From the NCBI GenBank assembly GCA_963716205.1, contig OY970290.1, positions 367,417-431,416 of the forward strand: a stretch of DNA of 64,000 nucleotides, in the 5' to 3' direction. Under the pieces are notes generated by a model. It was not told the origin of the DNA, made no database searches, and saw nothing but the letters and a program-made list of their open reading frames with translations. Positions 46,849 to 57,179 of the stretch are shown one piece after another (position 1 is the stretch's first letter; every line of letters begins with the position of its first letter). The translations under genes were made by a program, and so were the position numbers. The stretch comes from an uncultured bacterium (lineage in GTDB: Bacteria > Patescibacteriota > Minisyncoccia > Phycocordibacterales > GWA1-40-21).

Positions 46849-47943
46849 ATGCCAGACAAAGAAAATAAACCAAAAATCAGCACCGAGCCGTACAAGGGTG
46901 TGCGGGATTTTTATCCGGAGGATATGGCTATCCAGAACTATATTTTTGGTGTTTGGAAAACAACTGCCGAGAGCTTTGGTTATAGCGAATACGGCGCATC
47001 AATTCTTGAGCCGACAGAACTCTACAAAGCAAAATCCGGTGATGAGCTGGTAAATGAACAAACATATTCATTCAAAGACCGCGGTGAGCGAGATGTAACC
47101 CTTCGCCCAGAAATGACCCCGACCGTTGCACGTATGATTGCTGCAAAAAGAAAGGAATTGCGATTTCCTCTTCGTTGGTATTCAATTCCAAATCTTTTCA
47201 GGTATGAAAAGCCACAACGTGGACGACTGCGTGAATTCTATCAGTTCAATGCCGATATTTTTGGTGTGGAAGAAATTGAGGCAGATACTGAAATCATTTC
47301 TCTTTCATATCAAATTATGAAAAATTTTGGTCTGGCTGAAAAACAATTTGAAATCCGGATAAGCTTTGGTTCGGGTGCATCAAAAGATGATGTGATGAAA
47401 TTGATAGAAAAACTGAAAAAAATTGGAATAAAAAATACCGTTTTTGATGAAACAATTGCACGAGGAATGCAATATTACACGGGAATTGTGTTTGAAATCT
47501 ACGATACGAATCCAGAAAATTCTCGAGCACTCTTTGGTGGCGGGCGATATGACAATCTTCTTGATGTTTTTGGCGTAGAAAAAATTCCTGCAGTTGGAAT
47601 TGGCTCTGGAGATGTCGGTATCAAAAATGTTTTAGAAACATATCACCTCATACCTGAAATTAATTCAACGACAAAAATATATATGTGCCCAATGTCAGCA
47701 AAGCAGATCCCGTATGCACAAGAACTGGCGCAAAAAATCCGGATACACAATATATCAGTTGCTGTAGATTATTCAGTCAAGAAGGTCGGCGATCAGATCA
47801 AATATGCCGACAAAAATAAAATTCCATATGTTTTAATTATTGGTGAAGAAGAAGTAAAGAGCGATACATTTAAAATAAAAGAACTCGCAACTGGGACGGA
47901 AACCGAAGTTACTGAAAAAACCATCGCCGAGGTTCTCAACTAA
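46849..47943 (+). CDS. hisS: Histidine--tRNA ligase (compact)
   Basis: KGVRDFYP, LRPEMTP, RYEKPQRGRLREFYQ, RGMQYYTG, GGGRYD, anticodon-binding tail. Confidence 0.93.
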   Translation: MPDKENKPKISTEPYKGVRDFYPEDMAIQNYIFGVWKTTAESFGYSEYGASILEPTELYKAKSGDELVNEQTYSFKDRGERDVTLRPEMTPTVARMIAAKRKELRFPLRWYSIPNLFRYEKPQRGRLREFYQFNADIFGVEEIEADTEIISLSYQIMKNFGLAEKQFEIRISFGSGASKDDVMKLIEKLKKIGIKNTVFDETIARGMQYYTGIVFEIYDTNPENSRALFGGGRYDNLLDVFGVEKIPAVGIGSGDVGIKNVLETYHLIPEINSTTKIYMCPMSAKQIPYAQELAQKIRIHNISVAVDYSVKKVGDQIKYADKNKIPYVLIIGEEEVKSDTFKIKELATGTETEVTEKTIAEVLN

Positions 47944-47944
47944 T

Positions 47945-48520
47945 ATGAAAAAAATCGTCTTTGATATTGAAACAAGCAATGATTTCGTTGCTGCTGGCTC
48001 AAGTGATCCGGCGGCACTTGATATGTCATGCGTTTGTATTTATGATTACGAAACCGACAAGTATTCCAGTTTTACACAAGAAAATATCAAAGATATCTGG
48101 CCTATTTTTGAAAAAGCGGATTTGCTCATCGGCTTCAACAGCGATCATTTTGATATTCCAATTCTGAACAAATATTATTCCGGAGATCTGACAAAGATCA
48201 AAAGCTTGGATTTGCTCAAAGAAGTGAAAAATTCCCTCGGCAGAAGGATCAAGCTTGATACCATCGCGGAAGCGACACTTGGCAGAAATAAGACCGGACA
48301 CGGTATGGATGCAATCATCTGGTGGAAAGCAGGTGAAAAGCAAAAAGTCATTGACTACTGCATTGAGGACGTAAAAATTACGAAAGAGGTCTATGAATAT
48401 GCACTGAAAAATAAATCTTTGAAGTATATGGATGGAAAAGAAATAAAGGAAATCAAGATTGATACTTCAAACTGGGATACAAAAAAGGATTCAGGAATAA
48501 CCTTTACGCTTCCGTTTTAG
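47945..48520 (+). CDS. RNase H-like (DEDD) exonuclease domain protein
   Basis: FDIET, GFNSDHFD, YCIEDV. Confidence 0.85.
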   Translation: MKKIVFDIETSNDFVAAGSSDPAALDMSCVCIYDYETDKYSSFTQENIKDIWPIFEKADLLIGFNSDHFDIPILNKYYSGDLTKIKSLDLLKEVKNSLGRRIKLDTIAEATLGRNKTGHGMDAIIWWKAGEKQKVIDYCIEDVKITKEVYEYALKNKSLKYMDGKEIKEIKIDTSNWDTKKDSGITFTLPF

Positions 48521-49512
48521 TTATTCAAATATTTTGCTTGGTTTGCATTTTGCTCGGCAAGCGTCGTCGCATAGTGCATATTTCCTTGACTGTCGCTTAA
48601 AAAATACAAATAGGGGGTTTGTGTCGGTGTTATCGCATCGCCTATCGCCGAAAGTCCAGGATTTGAAATCGGAGTGGGCGGCAAACCTTGATGATTATAA
48701 GAATTATACGGCGAGTCCGACTGCAAGTTTTCCAAAGTCGTCGTGCCGAGAAGATAGTTAATGTATTTGAAAGATGAATCCACCTGAAGCGCCATACCAA
48801 GCTGGATGCGCTTCCACAAAATCCCAGCGATTATTCTGCGGGAATCATCCGTGCTCGCCTCGTCTTCAAGAATCGACGCCATTTTGATGACATCAGATTG
48901 TGATTTGCCGAATATTTTGATAGCAGTTTGAAGCGTCTGGATTTTTTCATTAAAATTATTATTCATAATCGTGATGACATCATTTTCATCGGCATTGGGC
49001 ATAAAAAAATATGTATCAGGAAAAAGATATCCTTCAAAATTTTGACTTTGAACAATGGCGAGAAATTTTTGAGAATTGAACAACGGGAGATCTTTTTGAA
49101 AAATTTCCGCCATTTGAAATGAGCTCAATCCTTCCGGGATGGTGATTTTCACCGGCTTGATATCGAGATCGCCGTAAGAAAATCTCCATGCCAATTCAAA
49201 CACGTTTTGCCGCGCATACAATGCATAATCTCCGGCAATCGTTTTCCGTTCGCCAAAAGAAAAAAGGTAGATGAATGTCTTAAACCAAAATGGCGAACGT
49301 ATCGCGCCCATGTCGAGCAAATTATAAGCGGTTTCGGTATATGTCTGTCCGGATTTCAAATCATATGCTGAGGCAAGAGGAAAAGCGGAAGGTGGCGACC
49401 AGAAAAATGCATAAAAAAGAACAGCGATAATGCCGATGCTGAATATTAAAAATTCTCTTGTTAGGAATTTTTGATAGTGCTTGCATCGTTCCAAAAGATT
49501 GGAATACCACAT
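48517..49512 (-). CDS. mltG: Endolytic transglycosylase MltG
   Basis: TIPEG, EGYLFPDTY, ASILE.E, LQVD, SPYN.Y...GLPPTPISNPG. Confidence 0.92.
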   Translation of the reverse strand: MWYSNLLERCKHYQKFLTREFLIFSIGIIAVLFYAFFWSPPSAFPLASAYDLKSGQTYTETAYNLLDMGAIRSPFWFKTFIYLFSFGERKTIAGDYALYARQNVFELAWRFSYGDLDIKPVKITIPEGLSSFQMAEIFQKDLPLFNSQKFLAIVQSQNFEGYLFPDTYFFMPNADENDVITIMNNNFNEKIQTLQTAIKIFGKSQSDVIKMASILEDEASTDDSRRIIAGILWKRIQLGMALQVDSSFKYINYLLGTTTLENLQSDSPYNSYNHQGLPPTPISNPGLSAIGDAITPTQTPYLYFLSDSQGNMHYATTLAEQNANQAKYLNN

Positions 49513-49514
49513 GG

Positions 49515-50855
49515 CTATATCGGAAGATTTGACGGGGCTTCCGACTTTTTGGATTCGACTCGTTTGAGCGTCGGCGTCTGAGAAACGATTCCGCCTGGGA
49601 AATGAAACATGGTGGCAAGCTCTTCCGTATTCATGATGAATGGCTTTGCTTTATAATGCTTATATGGCCACTGAAAAAATGAGCGGAGTTTGTATGCGTG
49701 AAGGAGATTCTTTTTATATAAGGAGATTCTTTCATCGTTTGATTTTTTCAAAAAAGGGAGAATTCTGGTCAAATCTTTTCTTTCATCGCTGATATCTGCT
49801 GAAATCGGCCTGAAGCTGTTCAGATCTCCAGAACCGTATTGTCGCAGACAACCGATCAGACCGCCGATATTCGCTGAATTAAAAGCGTCTTTTTTAGCAA
49901 TATAAACGCTTCGTATCATGCAGTCAAAGGCCGTTTTGCCCATACTTCGTTCAAGTGCGGCGATTCTTTCATTTTGACCTTTTGTCGGATTTGGAAATCT
50001 TGGCATCTCATAATCACCTTTCGATTCCGGTATTGCTTCTTTTCTTATTTTTTCTATTTCCTCTTTGTGCTCATCCTTAATTTTTCTCGCTTTGCCAAAA
50101 ATCGGAATCATTAGTTTCTTAAAAAAGCCGTCTTTTTTCTCATCAGATTCCAGTGCCAAAACTCCGTGCTTCCAGCTTTCTGATTCATGTTTCTCGATAA
50201 GAATCTGTATCCATGCATTTTCTCCCGCTTTGAGTGAACCGAGAAACTCTAAAACTGAGGTTATGGGATCTATTTTATGCTCATCTTTCGGATTCTGATC
50301 AAGTCCATAATCAATATATGTTTTTATCGGATATGGATCGGATTTAGCAAATTTGTACTGCGTGGCAGCCATATTATATTTTTCCATATTGAAACTGACG
50401 GCGTTCGTATAATCAGCCGATTGATCAACTGCATAGATTTCAAGATTCGGATACTGCGCATATAGCTGCGCTTCCACAAGATTTTTAAATTTATCTTGGC
50501 TACACCAGATAAAAAATCTGACTTGTCCTCCTGTCGAGACAAGCTCACAGGAAAACCAAGGACGAGTTTTTCCGTCGATAAATGCCTCGCCCCAATTCCC
50601 CGCCCCAGACTGCCATAGATATGAAAAGAATATTTCCATTCCTGCCGGCGATTTTAAAATTTCCTTCGGCAGCTTGATCTCGAGCAAGCACGGCTTTTGT
50701 GCTTCGACAAATTTGAGCGTCAGCCATCTGAAACGCAGAATCCAAAAAACGATAATAAGAATAATGGGCAAGAAAATAGGTAGCAGGATAACGAGCAACT
50801 TGATAACGACTGGAAAAAGCCCTTGATTGATTGAGTTTAAAAATGTATTCAACAT
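49515..50855 (-). CDS. Conserved membrane-anchored hypothetical protein
   Basis: LLEIKLP.E..KSP, YAQYP, YPIKTY, EELATMFHFP, EAPSNLP; 446 aa. Confidence 0.8.
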   Translation of the reverse strand: MLNTFLNSINQGLFPVVIKLLVILLPIFLPIILIIVFWILRFRWLTLKFVEAQKPCLLEIKLPKEILKSPAGMEIFFSYLWQSGAGNWGEAFIDGKTRPWFSCELVSTGGQVRFFIWCSQDKFKNLVEAQLYAQYPNLEIYAVDQSADYTNAVSFNMEKYNMAATQYKFAKSDPYPIKTYIDYGLDQNPKDEHKIDPITSVLEFLGSLKAGENAWIQILIEKHESESWKHGVLALESDEKKDGFFKKLMIPIFGKARKIKDEHKEEIEKIRKEAIPESKGDYEMPRFPNPTKGQNERIAALERSMGKTAFDCMIRSVYIAKKDAFNSANIGGLIGCLRQYGSGDLNSFRPISADISDERKDLTRILPFLKKSNDERISLYKKNLLHAYKLRSFFQWPYKHYKAKPFIMNTEELATMFHFPGGIVSQTPTLKRVESKKSEAPSNLPI

Positions 50856-50924
50856 CGCAGTAATGACAATTATATCAAATATGCATAATAAAAGAAAATC
50901 CCGTTTTCACGGGTTTTTCTTTTA

Positions 50925-51959
50925 TTATTTGATTACTTCGTATTTTCCATCTTTGTTTTTTCTGAAATATTTTTTATTTTGCAGATTGATGACAATAGTG
51001 TTTTCCTTGACGTATCTTTCTTTCATGACTTTGTCCACGATTTCTTTCTTGGTCAACGGACCATTTTTCTCTATGAGCTTTCGGATGACATCTTTGACAA
51101 CTCCGCTCATATAACCCCATTCTGAAAGCGCATATAATCCCCGGCCGACGAGGACAAAGCGCGGATCTTTGATCAATTCATTATGAGTCGTTGCAACATG
51201 GGCTTTTTTGTTGAAAACCGTTGTGATTGCTTTTGCAACTTCCCGGAAATGGATCGGTGAGCCATGCTTTCTGATGACCAAATATGCATAATCGCGCATG
51301 CCTTTTGTGCTGATATTCGGAGATTTTGTTTTTCCCCATTCGCCAAGCGGATTCTTTGAAACTTTTTTTGAAAGATTCATCCATCGTTTCGCGATTTCTT
51401 CGGTGCGGTATTGGTCGGCAACATTTTCGACATAGCCAAGAAATTTCTTGATCATTTCTTGTTCTGAAACAAGCTCGTCATCTTTTAAGCTTTCATAGAG
51501 TTTCTTGAGCGAGCCTTCAATTTTTTCCCTCAAGTCTTTGTCGATAAACCATCGGTGCTTGAAATCTTCGTCTTCCTTCATTTTATTGAACGGATGGCCA
51601 ACAACGAGCAAAAAGTTCATTTGATTCTGCGTGCTTTCATCTTTGGAAACATGGTCGAGGAGATCCTGTTCAACCACAATACCACCAAGATCACGGATAA
51701 GTTTTTCCAATTCATCGAATACCGCTTTTTCTTCGTTATAATTTTTGGATTTTCGTATAACTGCAATCGCATGATTTTCTATCTGTCTGACTCTTTCTCT
51801 CGTAATGCCATAGGTCTTGCCGATGGCGTCGAGGGTCATTTGATCCGAACTTTTTCCCAAACCATATCGTTTGGTGATGATATCGCGTGATCTCTCGCCG
51901 AGAGCGAGGAGTAATTTTTTGACTGATTGTTTTGGCTTGAAATTCAACGCGGTTTTCAT
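50925..51959 (-). CDS. Sigma70 region-4 HTH + HARE-HTH (RNAP delta-like) protein
   Basis: RYGL...TLDAIG..YGITRERVRQIE; HNELIKDPRFVLVGRGLYALSEWG. Confidence 0.85.
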   Translation of the reverse strand: MKTALNFKPKQSVKKLLLALGERSRDIITKRYGLGKSSDQMTLDAIGKTYGITRERVRQIENHAIAVIRKSKNYNEEKAVFDELEKLIRDLGGIVVEQDLLDHVSKDESTQNQMNFLLVVGHPFNKMKEDEDFKHRWFIDKDLREKIEGSLKKLYESLKDDELVSEQEMIKKFLGYVENVADQYRTEEIAKRWMNLSKKVSKNPLGEWGKTKSPNISTKGMRDYAYLVIRKHGSPIHFREVAKAITTVFNKKAHVATTHNELIKDPRFVLVGRGLYALSEWGYMSGVVKDVIRKLIEKNGPLTKKEIVDKVMKERYVKENTIVINLQNKKYFRKNKDGKYEVIK

Positions 51960-52050
51960 GCTTTTGATAAATTAATAATACAATATATTTGACTGATGTC
52001 TTGTCAAGCCATACTATCACCTATTTGAAAAGAAGTCAACATCCTCTTGA

Positions 52051-54468
52051 CTAGCCGAGAACAAAGTTGATTATTCTGTTTTTAACGAAGATTTTTTTGA
52101 TAATCCGTTTGCTGGAAACCCACTTGACAACATCTTGATTCTGTAAAGCGATTTTCTCTACAAATTCCTGTGGGGAATCCGCAGGGACGTCAAGAGTAAC
52201 GCGAACTTTTCCGTTTATCTGAACAATGATGTTTGCATTTCTTGATTTCAATTTGCTTTCATCATATTTCGGCCAGCTCTCATTGATTATCATTTTTTTG
52301 CTGCTAAGTTTTGACCAAATTTCTTCGCAGACATGCGGAGCAAACGGAGAAAGAATCTTGATAAATAATAGATATGTTTCTTTGCTTATTTTTTCAGCTG
52401 TTTCAAGTTTATTTACTAAAATCATCATGGAAGAAATCGCTGTATTGAAACTCATCTGCTCAATATCATCTGAGACTTTTTTTATCGTCTGATGTAAAAG
52501 CATGACTCTGTTTTCGCTGTCGGTAAAATTTTCCACCAATTTTTCCTGGAGTTTCCAAACCTTGTCAAGAAATCTTCTTGAACCGACGATATTGTCCGAA
52601 CTCCATGCAATTGATTGGTCAAACGGTCCCATGAACATCTGATAAATACGAAGTGAATCCGCACCGAGATTTTTCACGATTTCATCAGGATTGATGACAT
52701 TTCCCCTCGATTTTGACATTTTTTCGCCATCTTCGCCCAAAACAAATCCTTGCGAGGTTCGCTTTTGATACGGTTCATTTGTCGGAACAAGTTTCAAATC
52801 ATAAAGAAATTTGTGCCAAAATCTTGAATACAAAAGATGCAATGTCGTATGCTCCATTCCGCCGTTATACCAGTCAACGGGAGTCCAATATTTCAAATTT
52901 TTCATATCCGCAAACTCTTTTGAATTTTTCGGATCCGTGTATCGTAAATAATACCATGATGAGCCTGCCCAGTTTGGCATCGTATCGGTTTCCCGTTTCG
53001 CTTTTCCTCCGCATTTTGGGCATGTCGTGTTCACCCATTTTGTAATCAAAGCCAAAGGCGATTCCCCCGTATCGGTCGGCTGATAATTTTTCACCATAGG
53101 GAGCTTGAGCGGCAAATCTTTTTCGGAAAGCGGAACAATGCCGTCTTTTTCACAATGAACGACCGGAATCGGCTCGCCCCAATAATGCTGCCGTGAAAAA
53201 ACCCAATCGCGAAGCTTGTATGTCGTGACCATTTTCCCTCCGGCAAATTCAGTGATCAGCTTCATTGCATCAACATTATTCATTCCGTTGAATTTTCCGG
53301 AATTAATCATTTTTCCATTTTCAGTATATGCAGATTTTGAAATATCTCCGCCTGCAATCACCTCTCGTATCGGCAAATGATATTTCTTTGCAAATGTAAA
53401 ATCACGGTTATCATGCGCCGGCACCGCCATGACAGCTCCCGTGCCATAATTGGCAAGGACGTAATCCGCGATGAATACCGGGACTTCTTCTTTACTGACC
53501 GGATTGACAGCTTGTATTCCTTCGAGAATAATTCCCGTTTTTTCTTTATTTTCCGCAGTTCTTTCTATTTCCGGCTTATTTTTTATTTCCTGTATATATT
53601 TTTCGATATCATTCCAATTTTTTATTTTTGGTTTTAATTCCTGCACCAACTCGCTTTCAGGGGCAATGACAACATATGAAAGACCGAAAAGTGTGTCTGG
53701 GCGTGTAGTGAATACTTTTATATCTTTACTGAAATCCTTTATCTTGAAACTTATTTCTGCACCCCCGCTTTTGCCGATCCAGTTTCTCTGCTGAATTTTT
53801 ATTTTTTCCAAAAAATCCACCTCGTCCAGATCTTTATCTAATCGATCCGCGTATTTCGTAATGGCAAGCATCCATTGCTCTTTTTCTTTTTTTTCCACCG
53901 GAGTGCCGCAACGTTCGCAGCAGCCGTTCACAACTTCTTCATTTGCAAGACCGATCTTGTCTTTCGGACACCAATTGATCGCCATCTTTTTTTTGTAGGC
54001 AAAACCGTGCTCGAAAAGCTTTAGGAAAATCCACTGTGTCCATTTGTAATATGCTGGATCTGACGTATTTATTTCCCGAGACCAGTCAAATGAAAAACCG
54101 ATGGATTTCAATTGTCTGCTGAAAGTCTTGGTATTCTTTTTTGTGACAATGGTCGGATGAATTCCGGTTCTAATCGCATAATTTTCCGTCGGTAAACCAA
54201 ATGCATCCCAGCCGATCGGATACAGCACGTTGTATCCTTCCATTCTTCTTTTCCGGCAAATGACATCCATTGCCGTATCCGTCCTGACATGACCCATGTG
54301 AATGCCATCACCCGATGGATACGGAAATTCTATTAGGCCGTAAAACTTTTCTTTTTTCGGATCTTCCTTTGCAACAAAAGATTTCCTCTTTTCCCATTCC
54401 TTTTGCCACTTTTTTTCAATTTTCACGTGGTCGTAATAGTTTTTCTTGTCCTTCATCTCTTTTTTCAT
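52051..54468 (-). CDS. leuS: Leucine--tRNA ligase
   Basis: FPYPSG..IHMGH (HIGH), GWDAFGLP, FTTRPDT, GTGAVMAVPAHD, KMSKS. Confidence 0.97.
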   Translation of the reverse strand: MKKEMKDKKNYYDHVKIEKKWQKEWEKRKSFVAKEDPKKEKFYGLIEFPYPSGDGIHMGHVRTDTAMDVICRKRRMEGYNVLYPIGWDAFGLPTENYAIRTGIHPTIVTKKNTKTFSRQLKSIGFSFDWSREINTSDPAYYKWTQWIFLKLFEHGFAYKKKMAINWCPKDKIGLANEEVVNGCCERCGTPVEKKEKEQWMLAITKYADRLDKDLDEVDFLEKIKIQQRNWIGKSGGAEISFKIKDFSKDIKVFTTRPDTLFGLSYVVIAPESELVQELKPKIKNWNDIEKYIQEIKNKPEIERTAENKEKTGIILEGIQAVNPVSKEEVPVFIADYVLANYGTGAVMAVPAHDNRDFTFAKKYHLPIREVIAGGDISKSAYTENGKMINSGKFNGMNNVDAMKLITEFAGGKMVTTYKLRDWVFSRQHYWGEPIPVVHCEKDGIVPLSEKDLPLKLPMVKNYQPTDTGESPLALITKWVNTTCPKCGGKAKRETDTMPNWAGSSWYYLRYTDPKNSKEFADMKNLKYWTPVDWYNGGMEHTTLHLLYSRFWHKFLYDLKLVPTNEPYQKRTSQGFVLGEDGEKMSKSRGNVINPDEIVKNLGADSLRIYQMFMGPFDQSIAWSSDNIVGSRRFLDKVWKLQEKLVENFTDSENRVMLLHQTIKKVSDDIEQMSFNTAISSMMILVNKLETAEKISKETYLLFIKILSPFAPHVCEEIWSKLSSKKMIINESWPKYDESKLKSRNANIIVQINGKVRVTLDVPADSPQEFVEKIALQNQDVVKWVSSKRIIKKIFVKNRIINFVLG

Positions 54469-54591
54469 ACGTTCATATTACAATAAATAGACCTATAAAT
54501 AAAGCTTTATTTCCTGTTGACAAATGAGCGTGATGTTGCAACAATTGCGGTGGTTAGACTGTCAGTGAGACAGTCGGAAAGGATAAAACCA

Positions 54592-54744
54592 ATGAAACTC
54601 GTTTATATATTGGTAAATAAAAATGGCGAACGGATTCGTCAAGAAAAAGAAATTGATTCTGCGGAAGTTCAAAAAGAAATTCAGCAACTTTTGAAACAAG
54701 CTGAAGAAGATGGCGATACAATCAAAAGTGTTATACCAGTCTAA
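54592..54744 (+). CDS. Small hypothetical protein (50 aa)
   Basis: TTGACA promoter, leader hairpin GACTGTC..GACAGTC, SD AAGGA, terminator after the stop. Confidence 0.55.
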   Translation: MKLVYILVNKNGERIRQEKEIDSAEVQKEIQQLLKQAEEDGDTIKSVIPV

Positions 54745-54783
54745 CCTCATACATTGTTCGCAGGCAGTGTATGAGGTTATTTT

Positions 54784-55833
54784 TTAATCCTCTACTTCTG
54801 GCTTTGCAATTTCTAAAATTTCAAATTCTGAATCGACACCGGTAATTTTTACCACATCTTTATCTATCTTTTTAAATTCTTTGTTTGAATTATTAAAATG
54901 GCTGACGGTCGTCGAAAGCGCATTGCCAAGCTTTTGGTGATATTCCTCGTAGCTTCGCAAATGCTTCTGCAGAGCTTCCACATTTTTTTTGATATCTTTT
55001 GCCGATTCCTCTATCTGAAGTGCTTTCAAACCTTGTAAAACTGTTTGCAGATATGCGAGAAACGAAGTCGGCGAAACAATGATGACATGCTTTTCTTTGA
55101 ACGCATATTCCACGAGATCACGAGTATTTACTTTGATCGCACCGACTTGCGAGACCAAAAGATCATAATAAATTGCCTCATGCGGAATGAACATAAATGC
55201 AAAATCCATTGTTCCTTCGCCTGGCTTCACGTATTTTGCGGTCTCATCAATCCTCTTTTTCAAATCTTCTTTGAATAATTTTTCCAGCCGTTCCTTTTCT
55301 GCAGGATTTTTCTCATCTACCAGACGATTATAATTTTCAAGCGAAAACTTTGAGTCAATCGGAATTATTTTATCTTTTACAAAAACAACTGCGTCCACAA
55401 TCGTGCCGTCTTTAAACGGATACTGCATTTGATAGCTCCCCGTCGGCAAAACATTTTTCAAAAGCGTTTCGAGATAATATTCACCGAGGATTCCCCGCTG
55501 TTTCGGATTCTTTAAAATATCCTGCAAGGATTGAAGTTGATCAGCAAAAGAAATGACTTGCTTGTTTGTCTCATCAAGCCGAGTGAGCTTTTCTGTGATA
55601 TCGCGGATGATATTGAATGACTGGCTGGATTGATTCTGGATCGACTCACGCATCTGCTTTGAACTCTCGCCTATTTTGGTATCCACAGTCCTGTTGAGCT
55701 CGTTAATTTGCTCGAGAATGAGTTTCAGACCCATGTCATCACTTTTTTTCTCATTAGTATTTTTCTTTGAAACAAGGATAAAAATAAGAAATGCAACAAT
55801 GATGAGCAGTAGAATAATAATGGCTGATGTCAT
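54784..55833 (-). CDS. rmuC: DNA recombination protein RmuC
   Basis: N-terminal TM, KQRGILGE..LE, PIDSKF, DFAFMFIP.E, VSPT. Confidence 0.92.
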   Translation of the reverse strand: MTSAIIILLLIIVAFLIFILVSKKNTNEKKSDDMGLKLILEQINELNRTVDTKIGESSKQMRESIQNQSSQSFNIIRDITEKLTRLDETNKQVISFADQLQSLQDILKNPKQRGILGEYYLETLLKNVLPTGSYQMQYPFKDGTIVDAVVFVKDKIIPIDSKFSLENYNRLVDEKNPAEKERLEKLFKEDLKKRIDETAKYVKPGEGTMDFAFMFIPHEAIYYDLLVSQVGAIKVNTRDLVEYAFKEKHVIIVSPTSFLAYLQTVLQGLKALQIEESAKDIKKNVEALQKHLRSYEEYHQKLGNALSTTVSHFNNSNKEFKKIDKDVVKITGVDSEFEILEIAKPEVED

Positions 55834-55877
55834 GAAGCCATTGTATCAAAAATATAAAAATATGCTAAAATTGCGGC

Positions 55878-56330
55878 ATGACAATACACCAACAAATCAA
55901 GGACGGGATCAAGGAAGCGATGATCAAAAAAGATGCGCTTCGCCTTACCGTCTTGCGCGGGCTTCTCGCCGCTTTTATGAATGAAATGATCGCCAAGAAA
56001 ATTACCGGTGATGTACTTTCCAATGAGGATGCAATCGTAGTCATTCGCAGAGCAGTCAAACAGCGAAAAGATTCCATCGAGCAATTTGAAAAAGGCGGAC
56101 GAAAAGATCTCGCTGACAATGAGAAAGCTGAAATGAAAATTCTCGACACTTTCCTGCCCCAGCTTATGAATAAAGAAGAAATTGAAAAAGTGGTAAAAGC
56201 AAAAGTTGCCGCAGTCGGAACTATCGACAAAGTAAAGCTCGGACAATTTATCGGCGGCATTATGAAAGAATTGAAAGGCAAAGCTGACGGAGCGCTAGTG
56301 AAAGAAATTGTGGAGGAAATGGTACAGTAG
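55878..56330 (+). CDS. GatB/YqeY domain protein
   Basis: AM..KD..RL..LR...KQRKDSIEQF..GGR.DLA..E..E...FLP. Confidence 0.92.
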   Translation: MTIHQQIKDGIKEAMIKKDALRLTVLRGLLAAFMNEMIAKKITGDVLSNEDAIVVIRRAVKQRKDSIEQFEKGGRKDLADNEKAEMKILDTFLPQLMNKEEIEKVVKAKVAAVGTIDKVKLGQFIGGIMKELKGKADGALVKEIVEEMVQ

Positions 56331-56359
56331 TTGACAAAAAACATTATTTTTTATTAAAT

Positions 56360-56674
56360 ATGAAACAGGGTATCGAAACATCAGAGCAGATTGGAGATGA
56401 AATGAAAAAGGAGAATTTGATTCAAGGTTTTCTCAATTTTTATGTTGACCTGATCAACAATAAAAAAATGACTGAAGACCAGGCATACAAAAAGATACGG
56501 GATTCAGCATACAAGGTATCTTTTGAAATAGGAACGCGGATTGATGTCGAATTGGGCAGAAAGCCTCGGGAAAATCATCAAGCGGATGAACCGGGAGAAG
56601 ATCATGATGATTTGGTTCGAGAAATTAAGAAGGTCGGGAAAGAAAGAAATAATTGGGCTCATGGACGCTACTAA
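56360..56674 (+). CDS. Hypothetical protein
   Basis: 104-aa ORF, TTGACA promoter at 56331. Confidence 0.65.
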   Translation: MKQGIETSEQIGDEMKKENLIQGFLNFYVDLINNKKMTEDQAYKKIRDSAYKVSFEIGTRIDVELGRKPRENHQADEPGEDHDDLVREIKKVGKERNNWAHGRY

Positions 56675-57012
56675 GGGAACGAAGCTGGCAACTTCTTCCC
56701 TTTTTTTATTTGCTTTTTGAAAAGTTTTATGTTATAAAGTAAAAGAGTGAATTTTAGTTCGGGAGAAGATACATTGGAAATACAAAAAGAAAAGAAAATA
56801 AATGGGGTGCGTTGCGTTCAGATACAAGTACCTCAAAGAAAAAAAGTATCTGAATTTCGTGCTTCAAAAAAACGACCTTTAAAACATCATTATTCTACTC
56901 AACGACCAATCGTTGGACATTGGAGTCCACGATAATAAATTGAGAACGGGGACTTTCACAAGTCCCCTTTTTGTTTGTCTAAAATAGAAAAAATGGTATA
57001 TTTGCTTTCGCT

Positions 57013-57087
57013 GGCTCCATCGTCTAACGGTTAGGACACGGCCTTCTCAAGGCTGGAATCGGGGTTCGATTCCCCGTGGAGTCACCA
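57013..57087 (+). tRNA. tRNA-Glu (CTC)
   Basis: Acceptor GGCTCCA/TGGAGTC, anticodon stem CGGCC/GGCTG with loop TTCTCAA, T-arm GGGG-TTCGATT-CCCC, encoded CCA. Confidence 0.96.
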
Positions 57088-57179
57088 ATTCGTGCGCGCA
57101 CGAGAAGCCTTATTTTTAAGGCTTCTTTCGCAATCAAGATTAATAACCCTTTCAGGGAATCGAACCCAAGGTAGGATCA

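Noticed and set aside
56747-56935. 62-aa ORF before tRNA-Glu
   Set aside because: A terminator follows, but there is no convincing start or motif; too weak to call.
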